Source: a bacterium (GTDB lineage: Bacteria > Bacillota > Clostridia > Christensenellales > UBA3700). From it: a stretch of 64,000 nucleotides of DNA. The stretch's first letter is position 1, and each line of letters starts with the position of its first letter. Positions 38,248 to 47,464 of the stretch are shown here, piece after piece. The position numbers and the translations under genes were made by a program. The stretch lies in assembly GCA_963592135.1 (NCBI GenBank), contig CAVAVP010000021.1:40248-104247 (forward strand). Direction: 5' to 3'. The notes below the pieces were generated by a model, which saw only the letters and a program-made list of their open reading frames with translations, was not told the origin of the DNA and did not search any database.

Positions 38248-38485
38248 ATTTCCTCGTCTTTGAATTATACAATATTTAAAAATTATTAACAATTATATAA
38301 AATCAATTACATTTTTGTAAGATTTTTTTAAAATCATGATGATACACGCTAAGATAAAAAACAGACCATCGTGTTAATGAGTTTTTAATAATTCTCTTTG
38401 GCCTCGTTCTGGTTTTAATGTTAAGAGACTTTTGCATCTTTAATTTCCACTTGTTGCATTTTTAAAATTATAACGTTGCAAATTG

Positions 38486-38514
38486 TTGCATTACAAAAAT
38501 ATTATATATATAAT
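38486..38514 (+). promoter_or_regulatory. Candidate sigma-A promoter of the hydrolase/lepB operon
   Basis: TTGCAT (38486-38491), 17-nt spacer, TATAAT (38509-38514). ATG 38522 lies 7 nt after the -10. Confidence 0.5.
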
Positions 38515-38521
38515 ATGTGGT

Positions 38522-40183
38522 ATGGAAAATAATGTTATATTAACACCAAAACAAGTATGGGAAGGATATGATCCTCATAAAGAGCCATTAAGACCCTCTT
38601 ATTTAAGATTCGAAGAAGTTAATGGCAATTATGAGATTGAAGGTTATATCGATGGAGAATTACATACAAATGAAATTACTAGAATCTACGTTAAGGGATA
38701 TATTCCAATTACTTCTGATATAAACTCAAACATTATTTTCATAAACTCTTTTTCTGAAGCCAACATTATTTCATTTGGACAAATGCAATACACAAAGCAA
38801 GGGTTTGGCGTGTTTTCATTTGATTACTATGGCAAGAAAAAAGATTCTCTTAAATATACTAGATATCCAAAAGACATAAGTTACGCAAACTATGAAGAAT
38901 CCGGCGAACATTTAAATCATGCAACGCCCACTGCAAAAGACACTTGTGTTTATATTTGGGATAAAGTTTGCATGAGAACAATCAACTTTATAAAGCAACT
39001 AAGAGGAGCAGATTCAAAAATCTTTTTATGTGGATATCAAAATGGAGCCGACATTGCTTGGCAAGTTGCAGCTATAGACAAAAGAGTTGATGCTGTTGCA
39101 ACTATATTAAACGCAGGATGGAGAGAATATAAAGATTATCCAAAATTACTAGGCATAGAACCGCCAGTAGATGACGAAAGAAAACGTTGGTTTACAGGAA
39201 GTGCAACTGCAACTTATATAAATTTTGTTAAATGCCCTGCTCTTTGCGTTATTTCTTCTAATGGCACTTTAACTCCTCTTGATAGGATTGAAGATACACT
39301 TTCATTAATCCAAAAAAATAAGAAAATGGCAACATTGTATATTGCAGTTGGGCTGTCTGATACTATAACTTATACTTCAAGAAAATTATTTTCATCTTGG
39401 ATTAATGCAATTGCACAAAACAAGCAATTAATTTATAATCCCGAAATCAAGTTAACTAAAGCTAAAGACGGAACAGTAAAAGCAACAATAAAAGCAGATA
39501 AAATATCCGAACTGGCAGCAGTTATAGTTCACTACTCTTATGATGAACTTGATCCTACACTTCGTTCATGGTCAAGTGAAAATGTATCTTTATCTAATTT
39601 ATCCACAACCATTCCTGTTTACACTTCAACGAAACTTATTTTTGCATATGTTTCAGTCACATATGCAAACGAAGTAAAATTATCTTCTATTCCAGTTCAT
39701 ATTAATATTGATGACAGTTTTACAAGAAGTCCTATAAAGAAAAATAGAATAATCTACCAAAAGAATTTTGGAACAAGAGGGTGGATTTTAGAACAAGATA
39801 AATCTCTTCTAGAGTTTTTGGAGGCCAAAATACAAGAAGGTCCTCTTGGAATAAGCGGAATCACCGGGTCTTATGGCAATTTAAGTACATATGCAATCGG
39901 TGACTATAAATATAAATCAGATAATCAAAACCTATTACAGTTTGTTGCAGCACCTAGAGATAACAGAAAACTTGAAGTAAAAATAATAACAAGCACACAG
40001 GGTTTATATGAAACTTATTCCACAATCGTTCAGTTATCTGGTGGAGTATGGACAAAATGCTCTTTAAAAATTTCTGACTTTAAAACAAAAGACAGAATAC
40101 CTTTAAGGGACTGGGGTGATATCAAAAAAATAACATTTGTAGATATTAAAAACACCCTAATTAACAATATTATTTGGGTTTAA
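38522..40183 (+). CDS. Alpha/beta-hydrolase-like protein (acetyl-xylan-esterase/dienelactone-hydrolase-like N-terminal half) with an unassigned C-terminal beta-rich domain
   Basis: The N-terminus (QVWEGYDPHKEPL) and overall layout resemble AXE1-type esterases. I could not pin down a catalytic triad by eye. The tracked TTG start at 38483 is less likely. Confidence 0.45.
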   Translation: MENNVILTPKQVWEGYDPHKEPLRPSYLRFEEVNGNYEIEGYIDGELHTNEITRIYVKGYIPITSDINSNIIFINSFSEANIISFGQMQYTKQGFGVFSFDYYGKKKDSLKYTRYPKDISYANYEESGEHLNHATPTAKDTCVYIWDKVCMRTINFIKQLRGADSKIFLCGYQNGADIAWQVAAIDKRVDAVATILNAGWREYKDYPKLLGIEPPVDDERKRWFTGSATATYINFVKCPALCVISSNGTLTPLDRIEDTLSLIQKNKKMATLYIAVGLSDTITYTSRKLFSSWINAIAQNKQLIYNPEIKLTKAKDGTVKATIKADKISELAAVIVHYSYDELDPTLRSWSSENVSLSNLSTTIPVYTSTKLIFAYVSVTYANEVKLSSIPVHINIDDSFTRSPIKKNRIIYQKNFGTRGWILEQDKSLLEFLEAKIQEGPLGISGITGSYGNLSTYAIGDYKYKSDNQNLLQFVAAPRDNRKLEVKIITSTQGLYETYSTIVQLSGGVWTKCSLKISDFKTKDRIPLRDWGDIKKITFVDIKNTLINNIIWV

Positions 40184-40185
40184 TA

Positions 40186-40746
40186 ATGGATAGTGAAATT
40201 TATATTAGAACACCCGAATCTAAAAACAAGAAAAGAGCAATAGTAGCAATAAATACTATACTTGTAATTGTAATTGTACTTTTATTAATTGTACTTTGCT
40301 CTATAAATACTATATGGTCCCCTTTTACCATAAAAGGGGTTTCTATGCAAGAAACTCTTCATGAAGGAGACAAAATAGTAATAATTGAAAAGTGGTATGA
40401 ATTAACATTTGGCGACATTATCGTATTTGAAAAAGATAATGAAAAAAAGGTAATCAAACGCGTTATTGGAATGCCTAATGATATAATTAGGTTTGATAAC
40501 TTAACCTATACTTGGTATAGAAACGATGTTGCACTTAATGAACCTTATGTTACATGTGCATACAATAATAATTACTTAACTTCTCTAACATCTTCGGTTT
40601 TTACTGAACTTACAACTACTGGTTTAATGGTTAAGGAAAATGAGTTATTTGTACTAGGAGACAACCGAGTAAAATCAAACGATAGCCACATTTATGGATG
40701 TATATCTCAAGATGCTATAATCGGAAAATATTTATTTACTTACTAA
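40186..40746 (+). CDS. lepB: Signal peptidase I (S26 family)
   Basis: TM anchor, catalytic GVSMQETL (Ser box), VIKRVIGMPND (Lys box) and GDNRVKSNDSH. Confidence 0.9.
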   Translation: MDSEIYIRTPESKNKKRAIVAINTILVIVIVLLLIVLCSINTIWSPFTIKGVSMQETLHEGDKIVIIEKWYELTFGDIIVFEKDNEKKVIKRVIGMPNDIIRFDNLTYTWYRNDVALNEPYVTCAYNNNYLTSLTSSVFTELTTTGLMVKENELFVLGDNRVKSNDSHIYGCISQDAIIGKYLFTY

Positions 40747-40762
40747 TTGGAGGTATTGTTAT

Positions 40763-40939
40763 ATGACAAACAAAGAAAGACAAGCTAAATTAGACAAACA
40801 AAAATGGGAATTATCTGAAAGAACAGGTAAAGACATGTGTGGTACATTTGATCACTGTGTTGTTTGCAAACACGAAAAAGAATACCCTTGTGCTAAAGCA
40901 TACATTAGAGCTCATAGAGTTGCACAAGATAAGGAGTAA
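40763..40939 (+). CDS. Small (58 aa) Cys4 protein, not in the ORF track
   Basis: GGAGG RBS at 40749-40753. Translation: MTNKERQAKLDKQKWELSERTGKDMCGTFDHCVVCKHEKEYPCAKAYIRAHRVAQDKE*. It fills the gap between lepB and the ACT gene exactly, and its stop codon is immediately preceded by the next gene's RBS (AAGGAG). Confidence 0.5.
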   Translation: MTNKERQAKLDKQKWELSERTGKDMCGTFDHCVVCKHEKEYPCAKAYIRAHRVAQDKE

Positions 40940-40942
40940 TTT

Positions 40943-41233
40943 ATGAAAGCTATAGTTTCTGTTATTGGTACCGATACAAAAGGTATCATTGCCAAAGTAT
41001 CAACTGCATTGTATGAAATGAATATAAATATTGAAAATATTTCACAAACTATTATGCAAAAATATTTCACAATGATTATGGCTGTTGATTTTTCTGATTC
41101 AACACTTAATTTCAATGAAATACAAACCAACCTTACAAGTCTTGGCATAAAAATTGGTGTTGAAATACATATCCAATTACAATCCATTTTTGATAGTATG
41201 CACCAAGTTTCAACATCTTCAAATAAGATTTAA
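40943..41233 (+). CDS. ACT-domain protein (UPF0237 family)
   Basis: MKAIVSVIGTDTKGIIAKVS... is typical of UPF0237 and always pairs with the UPF0210 gene that follows. Confidence 0.85.
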   Translation: MKAIVSVIGTDTKGIIAKVSTALYEMNINIENISQTIMQKYFTMIMAVDFSDSTLNFNEIQTNLTSLGIKIGVEIHIQLQSIFDSMHQVSTSSNKI

Positions 41234-41248
41234 AAAAGAGGGGTTAAA

Positions 41249-42598
41249 ATGTACTCAAGTAATGAAATTTTAGAAACAATCAATATGGTTTCACATCAAC
41301 ACTTAGATGTAAGAACCATAACTTTAGGAATCTCTCTTTTAGATTGCATCTCTGATGATAAAAAGAAAACTTGCGATAAAATCTATGACAAAATAATGAA
41401 AAAGGCAAGCAATATTGTAAAGGTAGGAGAAGATATTTCTAACGAGATAGGTGTTCCTATTGTCAATAAAAGAATATCTGTAACCCCTATCAGTTTAGTG
41501 ACAGCCGCATCAAAAGGCCATCTTGAAGTTATAAAGATATTAGATAAAGCTGCAAACGAAATAGGTATAGATTTCTTGGGCGGCTACTCTGCTTTGGTTC
41601 ATAAAGGAATGACGCCGTATGAAAAAGAGTTTATCTTATCTATTCCAGAAGCACTTGCAACTACTAATAAAATTTGTTCTTCTGTAAATGTTGCAACTAC
41701 AAAAGCCGGAATTAATATGGATGCAATTAAGATTATGGGTAATGTTATTAAAGATTGTGCTTACCTAACAAAAGATCAAGATTCTTTAGGATGTGCAAAA
41801 CTTGTTGTTTTTGCAAATGCTGTTGAGGATAATCCATTTATGGCAGGTGCCTTTTTGGGAGTTGGTGAAGATGATACCGTTGTAAACGTTGGAGTATCAG
41901 GCCCAGGCGTTGTAAAAAGCGCACTTGAAAACATTGACGGCGATTTAACTGAAGTTGCTGAATGTATAAAACAAACCGCATTTAAAATAACAAGAGTTGG
42001 TCAACTTGTATCAAAAGAAGCTGCAAAACGATTAAATGCTTCTACAGGTATTGTTGATTTATCTTTAGCTCCTACTCCTGTTATAGGTGATAGTGTTGCT
42101 CATATTCTTGAAGAAATTGGCCTTGAAAGGATTGGCGGATTCGGAACTACAGCAACACTTGCTATGCTTAATGATGCAGTAAAAAAAGGTGGACTTATGG
42201 CATGCTCTGCTGTTGGAGGTCTATCTGGAGCTTTCATCCCTGTTTCTGAGGACATAGGAATGATTAATGGTGTTAAATCAGGCAATTTAAGTTTAGAAAA
42301 ATTAGAAGCAATGACTGCAGTTTGTTCTGTAGGCTTAGATATGTTTGCGGTACCTGGTGATACATCTAGCGAAGTTTTATCCGCAATCATCGCAGATGAA
42401 ATCTCAATTGGGGTTGTAAATCAAAAAACAACAGCTGTCAGAGTAATTCCTGTATATGGCAAGAAAGCTGGCGAATATGCTGAATTTGGAGGGCTACTAG
42501 GACGTGCACCAATTATGAATATTAACACTTCAAGCCCAGCAAAATTTATTAATCGTGGAGGCAGAATTCCTGCTCCATTACATAGCTTTAAAAACTAG
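41249..42598 (+). CDS. UPF0210/DUF711 family protein
   Basis: N-terminal [27 protein letters not shown], length about 450 aa, and the conserved partnership with the ACT protein. Confidence 0.85.
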   Translation: MYSSNEILETINMVSHQHLDVRTITLGISLLDCISDDKKKTCDKIYDKIMKKASNIVKVGEDISNEIGVPIVNKRISVTPISLVTAASKGHLEVIKILDKAANEIGIDFLGGYSALVHKGMTPYEKEFILSIPEALATTNKICSSVNVATTKAGINMDAIKIMGNVIKDCAYLTKDQDSLGCAKLVVFANAVEDNPFMAGAFLGVGEDDTVVNVGVSGPGVVKSALENIDGDLTEVAECIKQTAFKITRVGQLVSKEAAKRLNASTGIVDLSLAPTPVIGDSVAHILEEIGLERIGGFGTTATLAMLNDAVKKGGLMACSAVGGLSGAFIPVSEDIGMINGVKSGNLSLEKLEAMTAVCSVGLDMFAVPGDTSSEVLSAIIADEISIGVVNQKTTAVRVIPVYGKKAGEYAEFGGLLGRAPIMNINTSSPAKFINRGGRIPAPLHSFKN

Positions 42599-42606
42599 GA
42601 GATCTT

Positions 42607-43323
42607 ATGTTAATTGAAGGAAGAAACCCAATAAAAGAAGCATTAAATAGTGATAGTCTAACTATAACAAAAATTTCAGTAGCTAAAGGCTCTCATGATT
42701 TACAAGACTTAATTGATATTGCCAGAGCAAAGGGAATTCGTATTGACTTTGTAGATAGACAATTATTAGATAAACAAAGTGTAACAAAGCATCATCAAGG
42801 AATAATTGCAAACGCAGAAGAATTTAAATATACATCTCTTAAAGAGGTAATAACTCCTAAAGAAAACAAACCTTTATTTCTTATACTATTAGATAACATA
42901 GAAGATCCTCATAATTTAGGAAGTATTATAAGAGTTGCTGAATGTTTAGGCGTTGATGGCATAATTATTCCTAATAAACGTTGTGCTACTGTTAATACTA
43001 CTGTTTTAAAGGTATCAACAGGCGCAGCTTCTTATGTAAAAATTGCTATGGTAAACAATATTAATGATGTTATAAGAGAACTAAAAGACAATTTCGTTAC
43101 TGTTTGTTGCGCTGACATGAATGGAGAAATTATTTATAACGCCAATTTAACAGGAGACATAGCATTAGTTATTGGCAATGAAGGTTCTGGCGTAAAACAA
43201 TTAACACGTAAACTTTGTGATAAAATTGTTGCAATACCTCAATTTGGAAAAATTAACTCGCTAAACGCATCGGTTGCATGTGGAATAATTTGCTCCGAAA
43301 TAGTAAGACAACGTTTAAATTAA
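42607..43323 (+). CDS. rlmB: SpoU/TrmH-family 23S rRNA 2'-O-ribose methyltransferase (RlmB/YacO-like)
   Basis: N-terminal substrate-binding domain (IEGRNPIKEAL), then SpoU motifs (DNIEDPHNLGSIIRVAE, LVIGNEGSGV, SLNASVACGI). Confidence 0.85.
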   Translation: MLIEGRNPIKEALNSDSLTITKISVAKGSHDLQDLIDIARAKGIRIDFVDRQLLDKQSVTKHHQGIIANAEEFKYTSLKEVITPKENKPLFLILLDNIEDPHNLGSIIRVAECLGVDGIIIPNKRCATVNTTVLKVSTGAASYVKIAMVNNINDVIRELKDNFVTVCCADMNGEIIYNANLTGDIALVIGNEGSGVKQLTRKLCDKIVAIPQFGKINSLNASVACGIICSEIVRQRLN

Positions 43324-43349
43324 TAAAAAAATATATAACGTATATCAAT

Positions 43350-43380
43350 ATTAATGAGCACCTTTCAAGTGCTCATTAAT
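43350..43380. terminator. Bidirectional terminator between convergent rlmB and the sigma-factor gene
   Basis: Perfect 12-bp stem: ATTAATGAGCAC (43350-43361) pairs with GTGCTCATTAAT (43369-43380), with a 7-nt loop. Confidence 0.7.
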
Positions 43381-43505
43381 AATTTTAAAACATAAATAAC
43401 TCCATATAGTAATAGTATTTTTAAACTTCTATATAAAAGTCAAAGAGCGATGAATGCATTTTTTACCTTTCGTCACACCTTAATATTACTATTTTTTTAT
43501 TTTAT

Positions 43506-44126
43506 CTATATTTTTTTCTTATAATATTTTTTTATCTTTTGAATTGTATTATCTACTTTTTTACTTGTAATATTTAATTTTTTTGCAATCTCATCATAAC
43601 TATTAAATTGTATATAAAGTCTAAGTATTTCTTTTTCCGTATCATTTAAATTGCTCATAATATTTTCTAACTTATCTTTTTTAATCAATTCTTCTTCTTT
43701 TTCGATTAATTCCTCTTCTGGAGTTTTAGACGGATCTTTTATATTACCCAAAAGGTCATATTCATCACTATCAGCATCTTTATTATTTTTCTGGTATCCT
43801 ATATTTTTTTTAAAAACAGATTCTTTCCTTATATAATCCAAAATCTTGTTTTTTATACAAACCCCTGCATATGTTGTAAATGTGACATCCTTTTCCGGAT
43901 TATATGTATTAATAGCATTATATAATCCCAAACTTCCCTCTTGTAGCAAATCTAAATCTTTATCGTCATATTGGCCACCATTTTCTTTTATTATTTTGTT
44001 AATAGTGGCTTTTATTAAATTTTCACAAGAAGTTATTAGATCATCAATTTCTTTGTCAACATTTTTGTTGTTTTTTCTTAATAATTGAATTTCATTAAAT
44101 TTTTTATTTATTTCTTCATTCTTCAT
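43506..44126 (-). CDS. Sigma-70-family sigma factor, SigH-like
   Basis: Region 2 (DLLQEGSLGLYNAINTYNPEKDVTFTTYAGVCIKNKILDYIRK) and a region 4 HTH (SYDEIAKKLNITSKKVDNTIQKIKK). It follows mini-RNase III, as sigH does in Bacillota. Confidence 0.8.
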   Translation of the reverse strand: MKNEEINKKFNEIQLLRKNNKNVDKEIDDLITSCENLIKATINKIIKENGGQYDDKDLDLLQEGSLGLYNAINTYNPEKDVTFTTYAGVCIKNKILDYIRKESVFKKNIGYQKNNKDADSDEYDLLGNIKDPSKTPEEELIEKEEELIKKDKLENIMSNLNDTEKEILRLYIQFNSYDEIAKKLNITSKKVDNTIQKIKKYYKKKI

Positions 44127-44517
44127 TTTTTAAAAATAATTTTAATCTCTCTTGCTGACCGGTTAAATATAAATAACCTATAACTGCCTCAAAGCCTGTG
44201 GCTTCTAGATATTCAAGAACTGATGCATGCTTAGCTACATTATTTACGTGAGAATTACGTGCTCTATGAAAAATTTCATTTTCTTCCTCATTTAAAGATT
44301 CTTTTAATTCATTAATAAGTTTAGCTTGAGCCTTAGCATTAACCTCTTCAGATACTTTTTCATGAAGCTTATGCGTTTTTAAAGTGGTAGTTGTTGCAAA
44401 CTTTTCTCTCGAATATAATGAATGCACTGCATCCCCTATATAAGCAAGCACAAGAGGGTTCATCTCTCGTGCTTGGGCTTTTGTTAATATATTTTTATTT
44501 TCTGGAATAAAATTCAT
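44116..44517 (-). CDS. mrnC: Mini-ribonuclease 3
   Basis: LAYIGDAVHSLYSREKF... and ATGFEAVIGYLYL, length about 130 aa. Confidence 0.85.
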   Translation of the reverse strand: MNFIPENKNILTKAQAREMNPLVLAYIGDAVHSLYSREKFATTTTLKTHKLHEKVSEEVNAKAQAKLINELKESLNEEENEIFHRARNSHVNNVAKHASVLEYLEATGFEAVIGYLYLTGQQERLKLFLKNEE

Positions 44518-45173
44518 TATTTGCTATACTTTGAAACGAAATAGTCAAATAACAATTCATCGCTATATTCTTTAGCGCCAGTTGCTTTTAATGTCTCTTG
44601 TTTTATGTATTCATAACAATTCTTTTCTACACAACGTAAAACTTCAAAAGCTTCATCCATATCTTTCCCTACACAGAATACGCCATGGTTTGCCATGAAA
44701 CATGCATTTCTTCCTTTCATAGCCTCCACTGTGCCATTCTTTAAGGTTTTTGTTCCTGGAAGACCATATTTTCCAACCTTTACATTTCCACCAACTAATT
44801 TTTGCATTTCTTCATTCATTACTGGAAGTTCTTTTCTACAAGAAGCAAAAATTGAGCAGAATATAGGATGTGAGTGAATACAAGCATTAACTTCTTTTCT
44901 ATCTGCCATAATTGCAGCATGAATTTTTCTTTCACTTGTTGGCTTCTTTCCCTTTTCCCAAATAGAAGGATCAGATATTTGAACTACAGGCATATCTTCT
45001 GGCGTTAATGCAATGTAATCTAATCCTGTTGGAGTAACTAACATATGGTCATCATCTAACCTTGCAGATGTATTTCCCCATGTTCCTTGAACTAAATTTT
45101 CTTTTAATAAATTTACTCCACTATCTTTTATAACTTGTCTTAAAACTTTCTCTTGTTCTTCAGTCCATGCCAT
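44517..45173 (-). CDS. Class II aldolase/adducin-family protein (FucA/AraD-like), metal ligands intact
   Basis: CIHSHP and MANHGVFCVGKDMDEAF motifs. TAATG junction with mrnC. Confidence 0.8.
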   Translation of the reverse strand: MAWTEEQEKVLRQVIKDSGVNLLKENLVQGTWGNTSARLDDDHMLVTPTGLDYIALTPEDMPVVQISDPSIWEKGKKPTSERKIHAAIMADRKEVNACIHSHPIFCSIFASCRKELPVMNEEMQKLVGGNVKVGKYGLPGTKTLKNGTVEAMKGRNACFMANHGVFCVGKDMDEAFEVLRCVEKNCYEYIKQETLKATGAKEYSDELLFDYFVSKYSK

Positions 45174-45177
45174 AATA

Positions 45178-45801
45178 CTATTCCTCCTCTACTTGTAAGT
45201 TAGCTTGGTTTGCTTTACTATATTTCTTTTGATAAACAAATTGCATTAATTTTGCTTCAAATAAATTAATTGTAACATTCTTACCAACCACAGAGCTTGC
45301 AACAAAGCAATGGGCTGCTTTATCTAAAACTAATACACAAGTATAAGCTTCATCTAAAGATCTTCCTGTTGTTATACAACCATCATCTTCTATTAATGTA
45401 GAATTATGACCTTTTAAGTTTTTAACAATGCTATCTACATCATTTTTTGCAGTTTTACACTTTGGTCCCACGATTTGAGCCATATCGTCTAATACTGTAG
45501 GAATTGTAACCCCTGCTTTTGCTACTGGGTTAACCCATTTTGGATGAACATGACAAACAGCATTTGATGTTTCTTTTGATGTGTAGATGTTTGCATGCAA
45601 TATATACTCTTTATCTGTAGCAGATGCCATATCTATCTTTAATACATCTTCTTCTTTAAGGCTATCTAATGCAACTCCTAATTTAGTAATATACATATAA
45701 CCCTTATGAGCCCTCATAGAAATACATGCTGTATTTTCGTTAACACCTTCTTCTGCAAGTCTCTTTGCATATTCTAGTATCTTTTCAATGTATTTATTCA
45801 T
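45178..45801 (-). CDS. Class II aldolase/adducin-family paralog with an altered third metal-ligand position
   Basis: VCHVHP is present. The usual NHG box reads IEDDGCITTGRSLDEAY. Confidence 0.75.
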   Translation of the reverse strand: MNKYIEKILEYAKRLAEEGVNENTACISMRAHKGYMYITKLGVALDSLKEEDVLKIDMASATDKEYILHANIYTSKETSNAVCHVHPKWVNPVAKAGVTIPTVLDDMAQIVGPKCKTAKNDVDSIVKNLKGHNSTLIEDDGCITTGRSLDEAYTCVLVLDKAAHCFVASSVVGKNVTINLFEAKLMQFVYQKKYSKANQANLQVEEE

Positions 45802-45842
45802 ATAAATTCTCTCCTTTTTAATATTGAATATATAGTATTTTT

Positions 45843-47441
45843 CTAATTTTTCTCATTTAAAATTCTAAAAGCTTTTTTATTTTGTTTATATAATGACTTA
45901 AACACTTCAAAACCTTTATCATAAACCTCTTCTTTCAATTTAAGATTTGGCTTATAGGCTTTCTTTGCAGGAATAAATTTCTTTATATCAGTAAAAGAAG
46001 GAATAACACCTAAACCCACTCCAACACAAGCAGCAGCGCCAACAGCGCCAATATTTTGTGGGCTCTCGACTGTTTCTATAACTTTACCTGTAATATCGGC
46101 TAAAACTTGGCAAGTGAAGTCATCAAGTGCGCCACCGCCTACAAATCTAATAACATCAGAAGTTTTAACTTTTCTATCTGAAGCCTCTATCATCCATCTC
46201 TTGTGATAGCAAATTCCCTCTAAAACTGCCCTGATCAAATCTCTCTTTCCAGTCTCTAAAGAAATATTAAAGAACATTCCTCTTGCATTTGAATCTTCAA
46301 AAGGACATCTATTTCCATGTAGCCATGGAGTAAATATTACGCCATCTGCTCCTGCTGGAACTTCATCAACTACAGAGATCATATACTTATATAGATTAAT
46401 ATATTTTGATTCTGAATCATCTGTAACTTTTTGTTTTTGAGAATAAACACCAACTTCATCAAGGGCGATGTGATCTTTTACCCACTCAAAACATTTACTT
46501 GAAGTTTCAAGCTCTGCAAAGTAGTTAAATCTTCCAGGTTCTGCGCCTACGGTTGCTGCAATCATTGTTGTAACATCAACTACTGATTTATCTGTAATAG
46601 TTCCTACCCAACCTGATGTTCCTGAATATACGTGAGTATCTCCAAGTCCTGTAGCGCCGGCTCCTACACCAATTAGATTAGCATCCATACCACCACCAAA
46701 TACCTTTATTCCTGAAACAATTCCAAGTTCTTTTGCAGGTCCTTCTAAAGTAACACCTGCTGCCTCTGATGACGCAATTAATCTTGGCATATGATCTGGA
46801 TTTACTCCAAACATATTACAAATTTTCTTTGAAAAACTTTTCTTTTTATAATCGTAAAGCAATGTTCCAAAAGCGGAATCATATGTCATTACAAATTCGC
46901 CAGTCATTCTGCAAATTAAATATTCTTTAACATCAAGCCATTTATGTACTCTTGCAAAATTATCTGGTTCATGCTTTTTTACCCAGTTATATTTCCAAAC
47001 AGGATCTTTAACTGAAACTGGAGCCGCTCCTGTTATTAAAAGTGCAGGAATTAATTTTTTAATATTTCCACCTGCAATTTGTAAACCATAAGAAATTCCT
47101 TCTTTCATTTCTTGAGAAGCTCTTTGATCCATATATGAAAATGCTCTATGAACAGGAACGCCATTTTTGTCTACAAGTACAAGCCCTTGCGCTTGTGAGC
47201 AAAATGAAATACCATCAACCATTTCAGGTTTAATGTCAGTCTTTTGAAAAACTTTTTTTGTAGTAGAGCACATAGCATTCCACCAATCGTTAGGATCTTG
47301 CTCAGCGCCCCCATCTTCATAAACATATAAATCATACCCTTCTGATGCAGATGCTACAATTTTAATTCCTTCCTCAATTTCAATTAAGCAAGTTTTTATT
47401 CCTGTTGTTCCTACATCATAGGCCAAAGCATACTTTTTCAT
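45843..47441 (-). CDS. FGGY-family carbohydrate kinase
   Basis: N-terminal YALAYDVGTTGIKT, the central and C-terminal FGGY halves (GGGMDANL, RFVGGGA), length 532 aa. Confidence 0.85.
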   Translation of the reverse strand: MKKYALAYDVGTTGIKTCLIEIEEGIKIVASASEGYDLYVYEDGGAEQDPNDWWNAMCSTTKKVFQKTDIKPEMVDGISFCSQAQGLVLVDKNGVPVHRAFSYMDQRASQEMKEGISYGLQIAGGNIKKLIPALLITGAAPVSVKDPVWKYNWVKKHEPDNFARVHKWLDVKEYLICRMTGEFVMTYDSAFGTLLYDYKKKSFSKKICNMFGVNPDHMPRLIASSEAAGVTLEGPAKELGIVSGIKVFGGGMDANLIGVGAGATGLGDTHVYSGTSGWVGTITDKSVVDVTTMIAATVGAEPGRFNYFAELETSSKCFEWVKDHIALDEVGVYSQKQKVTDDSESKYINLYKYMISVVDEVPAGADGVIFTPWLHGNRCPFEDSNARGMFFNISLETGKRDLIRAVLEGICYHKRWMIEASDRKVKTSDVIRFVGGGALDDFTCQVLADITGKVIETVESPQNIGAVGAAACVGVGLGVIPSFTDIKKFIPAKKAYKPNLKLKEEVYDKGFEVFKSLYKQNKKAFRILNEKN

Positions 47442-47464
47442 ATAGTCCTCTTAAATGCATAAAT

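Noticed and set aside
40912-41187. 91-aa minus-strand ORF overlapping the ACT gene; likewise 42100-42390 and 49781-50191 opposite the DUF711 and M28 genes
   Set aside because: Each is antisense to a well-supported, motif-bearing CDS and has no translation signals.
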